Part shown: positions 26,366 through 37,510 of the stretch, in pieces
Layout: each line of letters opens with the position of its first letter
How positions within the stretch are numbered: the first letter of the stretch is position 1
Assembly: GCF_024521635.1 (NCBI RefSeq)
Contig: NW_026250405.1
Location: 1,550,001 to 1,614,000, forward strand
DNA from: Tricharina praecox
Taxonomy: Eukaryota
DNA length: 64,000 nucleotides
Direction of reading: 5' to 3'
The notes under the pieces: generated by a model
The model's input: the letters and a program-made list of their open reading frames with translations, nothing else
What the model was told of the DNA's origin: nothing
Database searches by the model: none
Program-made: the position numbers and the translations under genes

Positions 26366-27539
26366 CTAAACACCCCTCCTGATCCCCGCCTCCGCGACCG
26401 CCGAATTCTTCTCGACCAGCAAATTCCTCAACCAGCGATTCTCGAGCTCCAGCGACGAAATTTTCTTTTCGAGGTCGGAGACCTTGTTTTCCATTTCCTT
26501 CGCGGCCTTTTCGATCGCCATGTCGCGCTGCTTCTTCTTGATCCTGAAGCGGGCCGAGGCCGCCGTATTCCGGCGACGTTTGTCTTCTTCAGCTGCGCAG
26601 CGCGCCGCTTCCTGGATTGACAGGATGTGGGCGTCGGAGGTGGATAGGATCGTGGCCGGCGGGGATTGTGAAGATGAGGAGGTGGCGTACGTGCTGCTGG
26701 TGGGTGACTGCATCATGGATGTGGATTGCGGGGAGATGGTCGCATCTATTGACGGTTGAACTGCGGCGGCGGCGGAAGTAGCTCCTATAGCGGCAGCCTG
26801 GAGAAGTGGACGTGCTGACTGAGAATGTTGAATTCCTCCTCCTGCTGCTCCTTGCTGCTGGTCGTCCGGGAATTTAAAGTTCAGGAAGTCGTATCCCAGA
26901 GCAGAGAGTGACTGCGTAAGTAATGAGGAGGAAATGGTAGTGGTGGTGGTGGTGGTGGCGGTAGCTCCTGCAACCCGTCTGATAGTTAGCTACTATCGAC
27001 GGCTTCGCTGGCTTCGAGCAACGGGGATCAGGGCAGATCGAGGCACGTGAAGTTGCGCGAACATCTCATAAAGGGAGGCGCACCGGAGATGGACGAATCG
27101 GGTATATGATTCGCGCGGGTAGATGTCGTGATTGCGAGGGGGGGAGGAGGCAAGCAAGCAGGCAGTCATCCTCCCTGGAGAGGAACGAACGGCATCTGCA
27201 GAGCAGGGAGGGGTGGGAGTGCTCATCGAATGGAGGTCAGAAGTGGAGACGCAACATACCCGCATAGAAACCAGCACCATCACCGCCATCGATTCCCAGG
27301 CCCTCCACCGTCGAGTCATTGCTGCTCTCGAGTGGTCGATGCTGTTCGGGATACGTCTCGATGTTGCATCTCTCCACGTCCAGAAACCGGCCCAGGTCCC
27401 AATCATAAAACAGCGTGTCCGTGAACGGCGCGAGGGCATCGAAAGTGCTATCATCTGTAATGGCGGCGTCGATATCGTCCAGGTCCGGCGGAAGAAGCAG
27501 ATTAAGGTCCGTCAGGACCGAATCCGTGGAGGAGGACAT
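26366..27539 (-). CDS. bZIP sulfur regulator, MetR/Cys-3 family; intron ~27259-26968
   Basis: N-terminal FTDTLFYDWDLG motif; basic region AAEEDKRRRNTAASARFRIKKKQR and zipper ending LELENRWLRNLL; the GTATGT..GCTAAC..TTGCAG intron keeps frame. Confidence 0.88.
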
Positions 27540-28506
27540 TCCGTCGTCAAGGTAGAGGGAAGGAGGGAAAGTGGAAAAAAGAAGTGCGGGGCATACGCAG
27601 GAGGAAGAAGTATGTAGAAGGGGGGCGTGATATATCGGGAGCCAAAGCTTGAGAGGGGATTGGTTTTTCTTTTCTTTAGCTCGTCGACTCGGGGAACGTA
27701 CCGCGAGACATTCAAGGAACACCAAAGCCCTTTTAGCGGGGGATTGGCACGATTGGCCCAGTCAATCCAGGTTGCTTTGGGGGTGGCGGTGTGGTTCAGG
27801 CGTGACTTCTTTGGGTGCGGGATGCAGGTGTGGGGCTTTCTGCTGTCCGGATCAGGATCGGCGAGTGTTTCCCGGGATTCGCATATGGCGGTAGTGTCGA
27901 TGGCATTACGATGCGGTGCGGGCTCGCACTGCCTGCGCTTTATCGCTTTATCCGTGTAGTGGCATTAAATCGGAATATGAAGAATGGGTACAGTCGAGGG
28001 ACCGCTGGTGATGATGTGATTTTGGCCCTGAAGTTGCCATGGACAGTGAGTTTCCCCATGCGGTTAGACTGGATTCCCCCATCAGTCCTGGGATGGAATC
28101 AAAGACAGCGGAATTCCCACGGAATATCGAAATTCTTGACATCTCGATACAGTGGCCCCATCACGAATCGATAATGGATGGTGGCATCCTGTAGGAGCAA
28201 TCAATCGGGACGCTTACATCTCGGATTGATATCTCCTCATGCTGAGGCGTTCATCACCCAGCACCCAGCTATGGGTGTCCACCGTCCAAAGGACTCGCCC
28301 CATGTGAGCCCACCCACTCGCCCACCGCGGCCGCGGAGCTGCAGATCCAAGACAAGACAGGATGTGAAATCAAATCTTGGCTTCGTTCGAGCCCAAACAG
28401 GTGGGAGGTGCATGCATGGCCACAGTAGTTTTGTACACCAGCTGTCACTCGCGTCACAACCTCCCACCGCTGCCGACTGTCCTCGCTACTCCCTACATGC
28501 TACTAC

Positions 28507-29990
28507 ATGCTACATGCCCCCACTATGCACCCCGTACCCATCCGCATCCGCTTCGACAATGGCAGAGACACGGAGGCCGAGACCCCTTACGAGGATATGC
28601 AAGTGCTCCCACGCTCGACACATACAGCACCCTATGATCCGGTCCTCGAGCGCACTGTCCTGCCACCTCTCCAGCTCACCCCGACAACACCAACGGCGAC
28701 AACCCACATATCTGTCCCACCGGTTACCTACACCGACAGCACCCTGCGCTTCCACCTGCACTTCACCGCCACTATCGAGATCACGCACCCCACCTCCCAG
28801 CATGTCGGGCTACAAGACCTCCTCCTCCTCCGCGGCAACGGCTTCCACATATCGGCCACGCTGCGCCAGCCCACCCTCACCGCGGCCGTCTCACTCGAAA
28901 GTCTCGGCCGAATCCTCGCCTCCGCTCCCGTACGCACTCCCTCCCCCTCCCCCTCCCCCATCCCCCCTCTCCACCTACTAACCCTCACCAGATGTGGCCC
29001 CAACTCGGCCTGCTCCCCACGCTTTCGATCCACCCCTCCTCCCCCACCACTATCTCACCACCAACAATCCACGTCTCCCTCTCACGCGCAATCCCCAGCT
29101 CGATCGAGACGCTCCTGCCCACACTTCTACCACACGCGTTCATCCCGCGGGTGTGCATGGAGTTCGTCTTCTCCGGCTCGGCACCGGCAGCGGGAGTGGC
29201 GGGAGCGGCGGGAGCGGCGGGAGTGCTGGTGGTAAGAAGTCTGGTGGACCAGGCGCTGCGCGGCGTGTGGGCGCGCGAGCTGGCGGGAATAGCGCCCCTG
29301 TTGGCGAGGCCAGGGTTGTTGGCAAGGTGCGAGGGTAGGAGGAACCAGGTGGAGGTGCTGGTGGGCGTTTTGGCTGGTTTCGGGGATATTGGGAATGGTG
29401 GGAAGGGGGATGGGGGGAAAAGGGGGGATGGGGCGAAGGGGGAGGAGGAGGTGAGAGCAAGGCTGTGGAGGTGTGTGCTAAGGCATGTTAAGACCAGGGA
29501 GACGTTGAAGAGGATGTTCGCGGATGGTGCGGATGATCGGGAGGGGGAGAGGGGAGAGGATGAGTTGGAGCTTGGTGACGAGGAGGATATATTGGAGCTT
29601 GGGGATGACGAGGAGGATATATTGGAGCTTGGAGACGACGAAGAGGATTTATTGGAGCTTGGAGATGGCAGAGACGAGGATATGTTCTTTGATGAGTGGG
29701 AAGACGAGGGCCGGCTCTTGTGGGGTTTGGATGAGGAGGATGAGAATGATCTGTTATTGGATCGCGTTGATGAGGTGGAGGAGGAGCATATACTACTACT
29801 GGAGGAGGCGGAGTCGCCGGATCTATTGGCATGTGAAATAAATTCGAGTGATGAGGTTATGGAGGACTTGATAGCGGAGGAAGATATGCGCCAGGAGATG
29901 GCGCTGGGGGGTAATGGGAGTGGAGGTCAGCGTTTCCATGATCAGAACGGATGGTTTACGAGAGAAGCTTCGGAAGAGATGTTGATTTGA
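28507..29990 (+). CDS. Hypothetical protein with acidic C-terminal tail (candidate TOPOVIB-like, see findings); intron 28931-28991
   Basis: Two long ORFs joined in phase 0 by GTACGC..ACTAAC..CAG; start could be 28507 or 28525. Confidence 0.7.
29567..29668 (+). repeat. Coding 27-30-bp tandem repeat (ELGDDEEDIL-like) ~3.5 copies
   Basis: GGAGCTTGGnGAyGACGArGAGGATwTATT units. Confidence 0.8.
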
Positions 29991-30095
29991 GACTGCAAGA
30001 TATGGCAATTCCCAAGTGTCCTAGAAACCGGAGAGAATCCGAAAAGACGTCATCAAAGGAATACATGAATTATAATTATCGCTGAACTCAACGCA

Positions 30096-30722
30096 TTACT
30101 GAATCTCCACCTTCCTCGCCTTCTTTTTCTTAACAACTCTCACAGCCTGCGCCGGCACCGGCGTACCCCTCCCAGAAGCCGGCGTACCCCTCCCAGAAGC
30201 CGGCGTACCCCTCCCAGAAGCCGGCGTACCCCTCCCAGAAGCCGGCGTACCCCTCCCAGAAGCCGGCGTACCCCTCCCAGAAGCCGGCAAAATCCCCGCG
30301 CTCCCATTCTCCTCCAGCATTTCCCCACTCACCGGCGTCCCAGCCCTCGACAACCCCTCACCCACGATCCTCGCGCGCAGCACCCCACGATCCTTCTCCG
30401 CCTCCTCCCTCTCCCTCTCCCTAACCCTCGCCAGATGTTCCCTCCGTCTCTTCCCGACGTCCAGAGCGCGGCGCTTCAACCCCTCCAGCTCCTGTTGCTG
30501 CAGAGCCATGAGCCGCTTCAGCCGCGCCAGCTTCGAGGAGTACGTCGGGATCTGTGACAGCGTTGGTGCGACGGCGCTGTAGGCGGGGAGGGTTTGCAGC
30601 GTCGAGTGCGTTAACGACATCGACTGGAGCAGCGCCGCTTGCTGCGCTTCGAGCGTCGACAGCGTCGTCATTAGTGTTGACAGCGCGGTTGTGGCACGTG
30701 TGGTTATCTGTGAGGCGTCCAT
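30096..30722 (-). CDS. Coiled-coil protein, probable BLOC-1 subunit (pallidin/snapin family)
   Basis: Intronless 208-aa ORF; Q..LL..M...YSSKLARLKRLM..LKRRAL...REREEAEKD..LRAR pattern. Confidence 0.7.
   Translation of the reverse strand: MDASQITTRATTALSTLMTTLSTLEAQQAALLQSMSLTHSTLQTLPAYSAVAPTLSQIPTYSSKLARLKRLMALQQQELEGLKRRALDVGKRRREHLARVREREREEAEKDRGVLRARIVGEGLSRAGTPVSGEMLEENGSAGILPASGRGTPASGRGTPASGRGTPASGRGTPASGRGTPASGRGTPVPAQAVRVVKKKKARKVEIQ
30160..30285 (-). repeat. Perfect 21-bp coding minisatellite, 6 copies (PASGRGT)
   Basis: GGCGTACCCCTCCCAGAAGCC x6. Confidence 0.95.
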
Positions 30723-31526
30723 GTTGGGTTGGCGGGCGGGTGCCTGAGACGGGTGGACGGTGGTGGTGGTTAGTTAACTAGTGCGCGGTGGGCGGGGGGA
30801 TGTTTCGTCGATAGTTAGGTGTGGTGTCAAGTGATCGCGGGCTTGGAACCCTGCTGATGATGCGACAAGCTGCACTTCGCACATGCAGTTGGTGGCGCGG
30901 CACAGTAGTTAGTTTCAAGCACCTATGCATAAATCCCCAGCAGCTGCGTGACTTGGAGCGGCGGCGGCAGCTCCGAGCTTCATCACACGCAGCTCTTCAT
31001 CACTCGCGAGAGCGTCGGCTTCTGATCAACAGAACGAGCCATCATGCTCTTCACCACGATGTAAAATGATTCCCTCACGAGCTTGAATTCAAGATGACGG
31101 GTTTGGGCTGCTTGGTATCTAGATGCTTCTCGAATGTGAGATTGCACAGGGCTATTCCTCTTCGGCGTAGCGTCTGATTAATAATTCGGTGCGACGGACA
31201 GCCGTCGCGTCGCCTGCCGTTTCGTCCTGACTCGCTCTCGGGCCTCTCATTCGAGCTGAGGCTTACTGATCTGCTCCCCCTCCTCCCCCTCCCCCTCCCC
31301 CTCCTCCCTCTCAAGTTCTCGTTCTTCTCCGATAGATCAATAGACCAAAGAACCTCACTTTTACTTCTTCTTCATCTTCTTCTTCATCTTCTTCATCATC
31401 ATACTCGCTCGCATCCACGCAACTCGGATACCTACCCAGCTATCAACCATCCGAATCATCTTGTGACCATCCGCTATCCACCATCTCCCGCATCCCCCAT
31501 CGCCCACCTTCTACCTACTTACCACG

Positions 31527-34265
31527 ATGCTCCTCCCCGAAGGCGCCGACATTCCCACCGACGTACCGCCGCAATGGAACGCGCCACCTCACATCGCTGC
31601 GCGCTTTTCCCGACGGCGTCGGCGCAACGGCACGCTATCTCCGGCGGTGAGCAACCAAGCGCAGCTGAGCGCGTCCCACCTAGCCACGACGCGGCGGGCG
31701 ACGCTGCTGGAAGCGCGGAAATCCCTTCTGCGGGCGCGCGCGCAGCACGTCGAGAAGGTGCGGCGCTCCCGCGCCGACGACAGTCACGAGGCGGTGTCGG
31801 AGCGCCTGCTAGCCCTCCAGGCGAGTATGCGCGCTGCTCAGGACTCGAGGAATGCAATACTTGCGAAGATTGCGGGCGCGTGCGCGAGTGAGGTCGCGAA
31901 GGCCAAGAGGACGGCAAACGAAATGAGGAGGAGGAGGGAGAAGGAGACAAGGGACCTTAAGGAGAGCTTTGAGGAGAGGATGAAGGAGGCGCAGAGACGG
32001 AGGGATGTGGCGTTGAGGGAGCGCGGGAGGAGGAGGAGGGAGCGGGGGAGTAGGGGCGAGGATGCGGCTGAGAGGGAGAAGGCCAAGGTGCAGGCGGAGA
32101 GTACGAGCGAGGCTAAGAGGGTGCAGGCTGCGAGCAGGATTCAGAGGGCGTGGAGGCTCGCGAGGGATAGGAAGATTGTGGTGGATTTTGTGGCGCTTGG
32201 GTTAACGATCGAGAGTGTGAGGGATGCGGACTTTATTACGGTTTCGACGAGGTTTCAGGACGATGAGGTGCTCAGGGCTACGTCGAAGTTGCTGATGAGA
32301 TGTGGTCTGCTCGAGGGCATTGAGGGCGTCGAGGGCGCGCTGGAGAAGTGCTGCAGGACGTTTTTGAGCTCTTATCTGATCCTCGGTCATCCCGGCGAGG
32401 TTCTGAGCAACGACGGAATGAAGGAAAAGGTGAGCATATATGAAGTCTGGTAAACTGTGGAGCATGTTTCGCTAACTTGTGGGTAGGAGCTGATTGAGAG
32501 GTCGAAGGATCTTTTGATCGCTTTCGAGTCGTTCTTGTCGTCGCAAACCTTTCCACCGCCGGACGCACTTTACAATGCCTGGAGCGAGTTCAGCACAGCA
32601 TTTGACACGTGGAAGTCCCGTGACTCGAAGATCTTCATCGAGACAATGGTCGCACAGTACGCCGAGCTCGATCTCATCTGGCAGAAGGTCAAGGACGACA
32701 CTACCGGCGGCGTCGCGGAGGACTTCAAGGAGGGTATTCGCGAGAATCAACTCATGCTTCTCGTCCGCATTCGCCGGTTGGCTGGGGACAGAACCAGAGA
32801 CTTGATCCGGACCGCCGTCAAAGACTCGAGAAAGAATAGACTGCCCAAGAAAGAAAAACGCGATACCAAGCCTAGAGAGGTGCCCTCGTCAGATGCCACC
32901 ACCGTTTCGACAGTAGCGCCTACACCGGCCGTCGTCATGCCAACTGTAAAACCGGAACCTCCTGCGCCTGTTCAGCCAACCCCGCCTCAGGTCGGCTTTC
33001 ACAATGTTGCCAGCGGTGACGACGGGATGCAATCGAATCGCCAGATCATTCATGAGCTGGCCATGGACAAAGACTTCCGGCTACAACCTCGGAAACGAAG
33101 CAAGATCGAGGCAATGGTCGAGGACACAGCCAAGACTGCCTTCTGGGGTGCTATGCGCGAGGATATCACCGAAGGAAAACTCGAGAAGTGGATCCCCTCG
33201 CTCGCTGAGACTGTGCGCGGAAAGTTGCTGCGTCTGCTGGACTCGAAGGGCTCGCTTCATCGTGCCGTGGCAGAGTCCATGGACATCGAGCTCATCCGTC
33301 AGCAATGTCACAACGGTTCCTACGACCACGAGAAGTTGCTCTCTTACGTCCTCAACCTGCTCCCCAAGATCTGCTCTCCGGCTCGAGACGAGGACGTTAA
33401 AGCTTTGGTCGAAGACACTGGCGACTACATATCTCGGCTCCAGAAGTTGCTGGACGTACTAGAAGCCATGCAACTTGACCATGCCAATTTCCTCCTCATG
33501 ATCTCAGCGCCTCAAGTTATCCCGGAAGCAATTCCGTACGAGCGCCGACTGTTCGCCGCTGACCTGGAAGCCGGGCGTGCAACCCTCGATCAAACCCGGC
33601 AATGGCTCCTTACAGCTAAATCGCAACTACCAGCCGGCACTCCCGCAAACGACGTCCATGTCCACGCATTCCTCAACCTCCTCTTCGGCCTCGAGACTCT
33701 CGACGTCTCCTCCATCCCCGAGACATTTCACCTAGACCACCAACGCATCCGCGACACGCGCGAAACCCTGCGCACCGTAATCCTCGGCGGCGCCATAGTC
33801 CTCACGGTCAAAACGCTCCTCCGGCGCGATGTGCGCAGCTCGTGGAAAGAGATCTCCAGCTTTGTCGGCAACCTCCTACGGAGCTCTACATCGACCACCG
33901 AGATCGCCGACGGCGTGCGGAACTTCGTCGACGAAACTGCCGCCGTCCCGGCGCCCACACTGGTCGCAGTGCGCAACGCCGTTGCCCGCATCCTTGAGCG
34001 CGGAACCGCAGATCCTGTCGCCCGCGTCGTCGCCAACCGCGTCAGGGGGTTCGTTATGGAACGCCTCGTGGCGACAAATAGTCAGGATAAAGTACGCCTG
34101 GCGGCTACGGCGGGTGAGGTCCTTACCGGCTGGGGCGTCGGAGAGTGGATTGGTGAGCTCGGTGGCGTCGTAGAGAGGGTCGCGACTTGGAGGATCGTCG
34201 ATATGGGCGTCAATTGGGAGTGGTACAATGAGATTCTTGGTGTGGGAGTGGGCGTGGGCGCGTAG
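31527..34265 (+). CDS. TCP11/SOK1-family protein with IQ calmodulin-binding motif; intron 32430-32487
   Basis: IQ motif AASRIQRAWR, RTFLSSYLILGHP, WKSRD, NRQIIHELAMD, AFW, CSPARD, MQLDHANF, YERRLF, PETFHLD..RI. Confidence 0.92.
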
Positions 34266-34504
34266 GTTCTTTGCTGCCTTGCTTGCTGGGGTGTTTTGTG
34301 TGTGCATTATTTTACTGCGGATGGGGTAACACTGTTTTTTGACTGTTTTTTTGACTGTTTTTTGACATGCACTTGATTGAGTTACTTTCCTTGTTTGCTT
34401 GCTTGCTCTACCTATTTGATAGGAATGTTGTGCTGTGCTGTTAGATGAGATACACTGCTGCGGGCTCCGGGCTCTGGGCTGCAGGCTGCGGCTGCGGACT
34501 GTAG

Positions 34505-34581
34505 GTTGCTGCGTTGTTGCGTTGTTGCGTTGTTGCGTTGTTGCGTTGTTGCGTTGTTGCGTTGTTGCGTTGTTGCGTTGT
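34505..34581. repeat. (GTTGTTGC)n 8-bp microsatellite, ~9 copies
   Basis: Read directly. Confidence 0.9.
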
Positions 34582-34935
34582 TGGGTGATGACTGACGGAA
34601 TTTAAAGATCATATTCTTATTCTTATTCTCTATTCCGGTTCGTCGTGGAGTGATCGTAAAGCATTAGAAAGATGTATTTTCCCACCATCTTCTTTACACG
34701 AGGGTTCTAATTACACTGCAAAATTACAGCCTCATGTGCGATCACTCGTAACGCGAGTGATATACCGTGCTAGACTCCAGCAAAATAAAAGTTCTTACTT
34801 AGGTGAAGTTCGAACCAACGCCAAAACAAAACCCTTCACCCCTAGGGGGTCTAGGTGGATGGTTTGGAAATCCCGGGACCTGGACTGAACTGGTGTTCAA
34901 TTTCCCTCCGCCGGGTGCGCCGGGTGCGCGCTGGG

Positions 34936-35380
34936 CAGTGTTCTCCATCGTCCGGTCCGTCTGTCCTAGGCCTCTGACGAAGCCGGACAGCGTGCCTCTC
35001 GTCCACCTGTGCCTAGGACGTGACGGCCAAGGTGGTTTCCTCGCCCGTCCGCCAAGCGTTGAGTAAAAACATGATTTCGGGCGAGGACCTTGAGTAGCCG
35101 AGTGAGACATGGTGCATAGACCACTGTGATACATAACTAAGGGCTGGGTGCCGCACCTTAGGCGTCCGAATCAGGATACTGCTACTTTTCACAGCTATGT
35201 AGTGGAGCGGTGAGGGATGGACTGACGATGGTGGTGCGTAGGATATCGGTGCTAGGAAATCAGCAATCAGCCGAACCATATTCACGTGACTTGGACGAGG
35301 ACCGACGGAGGAGGACGAGGCGAGGACCTGGCGGGCAGATTTTGTAACCGTTCGTCCGGACTGGACGATGGAGAACACTG
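34936..35380. mobile_element. Non-autonomous hAT-like MITE (445 bp)
   Basis: 24-bp TIR CAGTGTTCTCCATCGTCC(G/A)GTCCG with 1 mismatch; flanks GCGCTGGG / GCGCTGGC form a near-perfect 8-bp TSD. Confidence 0.8.
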
Positions 35381-35567
35381 GCGCTGGCGCTGGGTGCGTG
35401 ATCACTCGGTCACGCGGGTTTTTTCCGTGATGGAAGAAGCATGCCGCAGGTTATAAACTGGTGGTGACGGGTAACAGACGAAGTTCCCCATTGCCCCCCA
35501 AGGTGCTCAGCAAAGTACATGGTTTTTCGTCCGGCGCTTATGTGACCTTCGGAATGATAACTGAGTA

Positions 35568-37510
35568 CCTTTGTAAAAAAAGGGGGGTTTTATAAACGTG
35601 AGCGGTGGGTTAGGAAATGGTTGCGCGATCATCAGATTTCACAAGCGGCCCCGCGGTATTGCGCAACTATTCCGCAACTATTGCATCTAGAATAACGTGA
35701 GCCACGTAAAACGATGCGGAAATAATATGATGATAGACAGTACACCCATTTTAAATTGTAAACTCGGCAAAAAAGCGGACAATGTGTGAATTTGTCATAC
35801 GTTGATCTAACGCTTAAGTCAACAGGAACTGGTGGAAATATAAAAACAAAAGTTCGAGATATATCGTTGGTGCTCACTTAAGCGTTTTCTTGGCATTTTT
35901 CTACCGTTGTCGTCACGTTTCGACAATTTAAACGTTTTCTTGGCATTTTTCTCCTGTTTTCCGGTGTGAAGGAGCGATGGGTGTGTTGGGGGGGGAAGGG
36001 GGGGCGATGGGCGAGCTGCCACGGGAGGGAGTAATGGGAGTTTGGTGGGGATGAAAAATGACTGAATCAATCCGCGAGATGACTCTAGGAATGACTGAGT
36101 CAATTGGTGAAATGACTCTGCCAATACAGTGAGCTTACAACCGCATTCTTGCGGACTTTAAAACACAGCCCATGTGAGCCGGAAGTGATGATAAAACCAG
36201 CGTTGCCATACAACCAGCGTTACCGTACAACAGCGGCAGACATTCAAAGCTAGCTGTAAGCCAGAAAGAACTGCTGAGCCGGAGCATCGCAATCTCATCT
36301 CTTTTACATCCTCGCCATTTCATCTCTTCCGCTGCAAATACTCCTCGCAAACCCCTACACCTTACATGCAGCTATCTTCACGAGCCGGCTGTTTTGATGA
36401 AGTTGAATGCCGATATAGATACTCACACCTTCCTACTCAGCGATCCTATCTTCTAGTGGTATGGAGGAGCTGTGGGAGGAGCTGTGGGAGGAGCTGTGGG
36501 AGGAGGTATCGGCAAGAGGAGGAAGTGAAGGAGGACTCCTGTCGGTGGAAGAAGACGAATGTGGTTAGTAGAGGGCACATGGCGGGCATGGCGAGGTCGT
36601 ATGCTCTCTTAGCCATCTGCCTCTTCTTATTTTTCTTCTTCTTCTTCTCCCACAACTCCTCCTCCCCCCACATCTCCTCCTCCCCCCGCAACTGCTATTC
36701 CCCCTCCAGCCGCAACTGCTATCACCCCCCCTCGCCGCAACTGCTATTCCCACTCTCACCGCAGCTCCTCTTTTCCCTGATAGCATCTCTCGCTAATAGC
36801 TAATTTTTCATATAGGTAGCTCATCTTGCAGTAATGCTTGTCTGGCTGCCGTGGATACTGGATACTGGATACTGGATACTGGATACTGGATACTGGATAC
36901 TGGCCGCCGTCGATACGGCCGCCGTGGATACTGCCCGCTGGCCCCGTAGGTAGTACTAGTATATAGAATAGAAATCCATAATTAGGTGCTCAATGCTCCA
37001 AGACCAATGAGAAAAATGCTGCATAAGCGAGAAAATCCGAGCCCAGTTTCACACGTTGCACTCCTGCTCCCAAGTTTCAATTTCAAAAATGGTTCGAAAT
37101 GCCAAGAAAACGATGCTGCAACATTTTAATGCACTTAAACGCTTTATTTTAACTACATAGGAGAGATTTGCAACATATTGAGAAAAAAAACTCGAAGTAA
37201 TTCTTTAAATGTGTCTAATTACCGGCCATTTAACTCTCTATAATCAGGATTACTTGTACTACGGCTTCCAATTTTCACGGGAAAAGCCTGTGAACTGTAT
37301 ATCCACTCCCTCCGTTAAAAACTTGCATCACGTCTGTGAATCCAACACGGACTGTACAATGTTTTGAGTGGCTTCTATAGGTCAATAATTTGACATGTGT
37401 ATAATTCTCAACTATCACGATGTGGTATTTACTTTTCCTACGGGTTTGAAAAAAAATAATGGCACAACAGTCGCTCCACTGTTAAAAAAAACCCCCCTTT
37501 TTTACAAGGG
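35568..37510. mobile_element. Non-autonomous TIR element (~1.94 kb) flanked by TA
   Basis: Left TA|CCTTTGTAAAAAAAGGGGGGTTTT.. matches right ..AAAACCCCCCTTTTTTACAAGGG|TA; internal repeat CGTTTTCTTGGCATTT at 35883 and 35933, inverted at 37097; no intact transposase. Confidence 0.75.
36853..36902. repeat. (GGATACT)7 tandem repeat inside the TIR element
   Basis: Read directly. Confidence 0.9.

Noticed and set aside
30160..30285. CRISPR-like array
   Set aside because: Head-to-tail repeats without spacers, in frame in a eukaryotic CDS
30735..30770. GCGGGTGCCTGAGA resembling the start of a TPP riboswitch
   Set aside because: No downstream ATACC/CTTGAT..GATAAT..CAGCG elements, wrong strand for the adjacent gene, and no thiamine gene nearby
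260..34307. Many long antisense and alternative-frame ORFs overlapping real genes
   Set aside because: Expected shadows of GC-rich codon usage
34795..34830. B-box-like GGTTCGAAC on the minus strand followed by a T-rich run
   Set aside because: No cloverleaf or A box can be built
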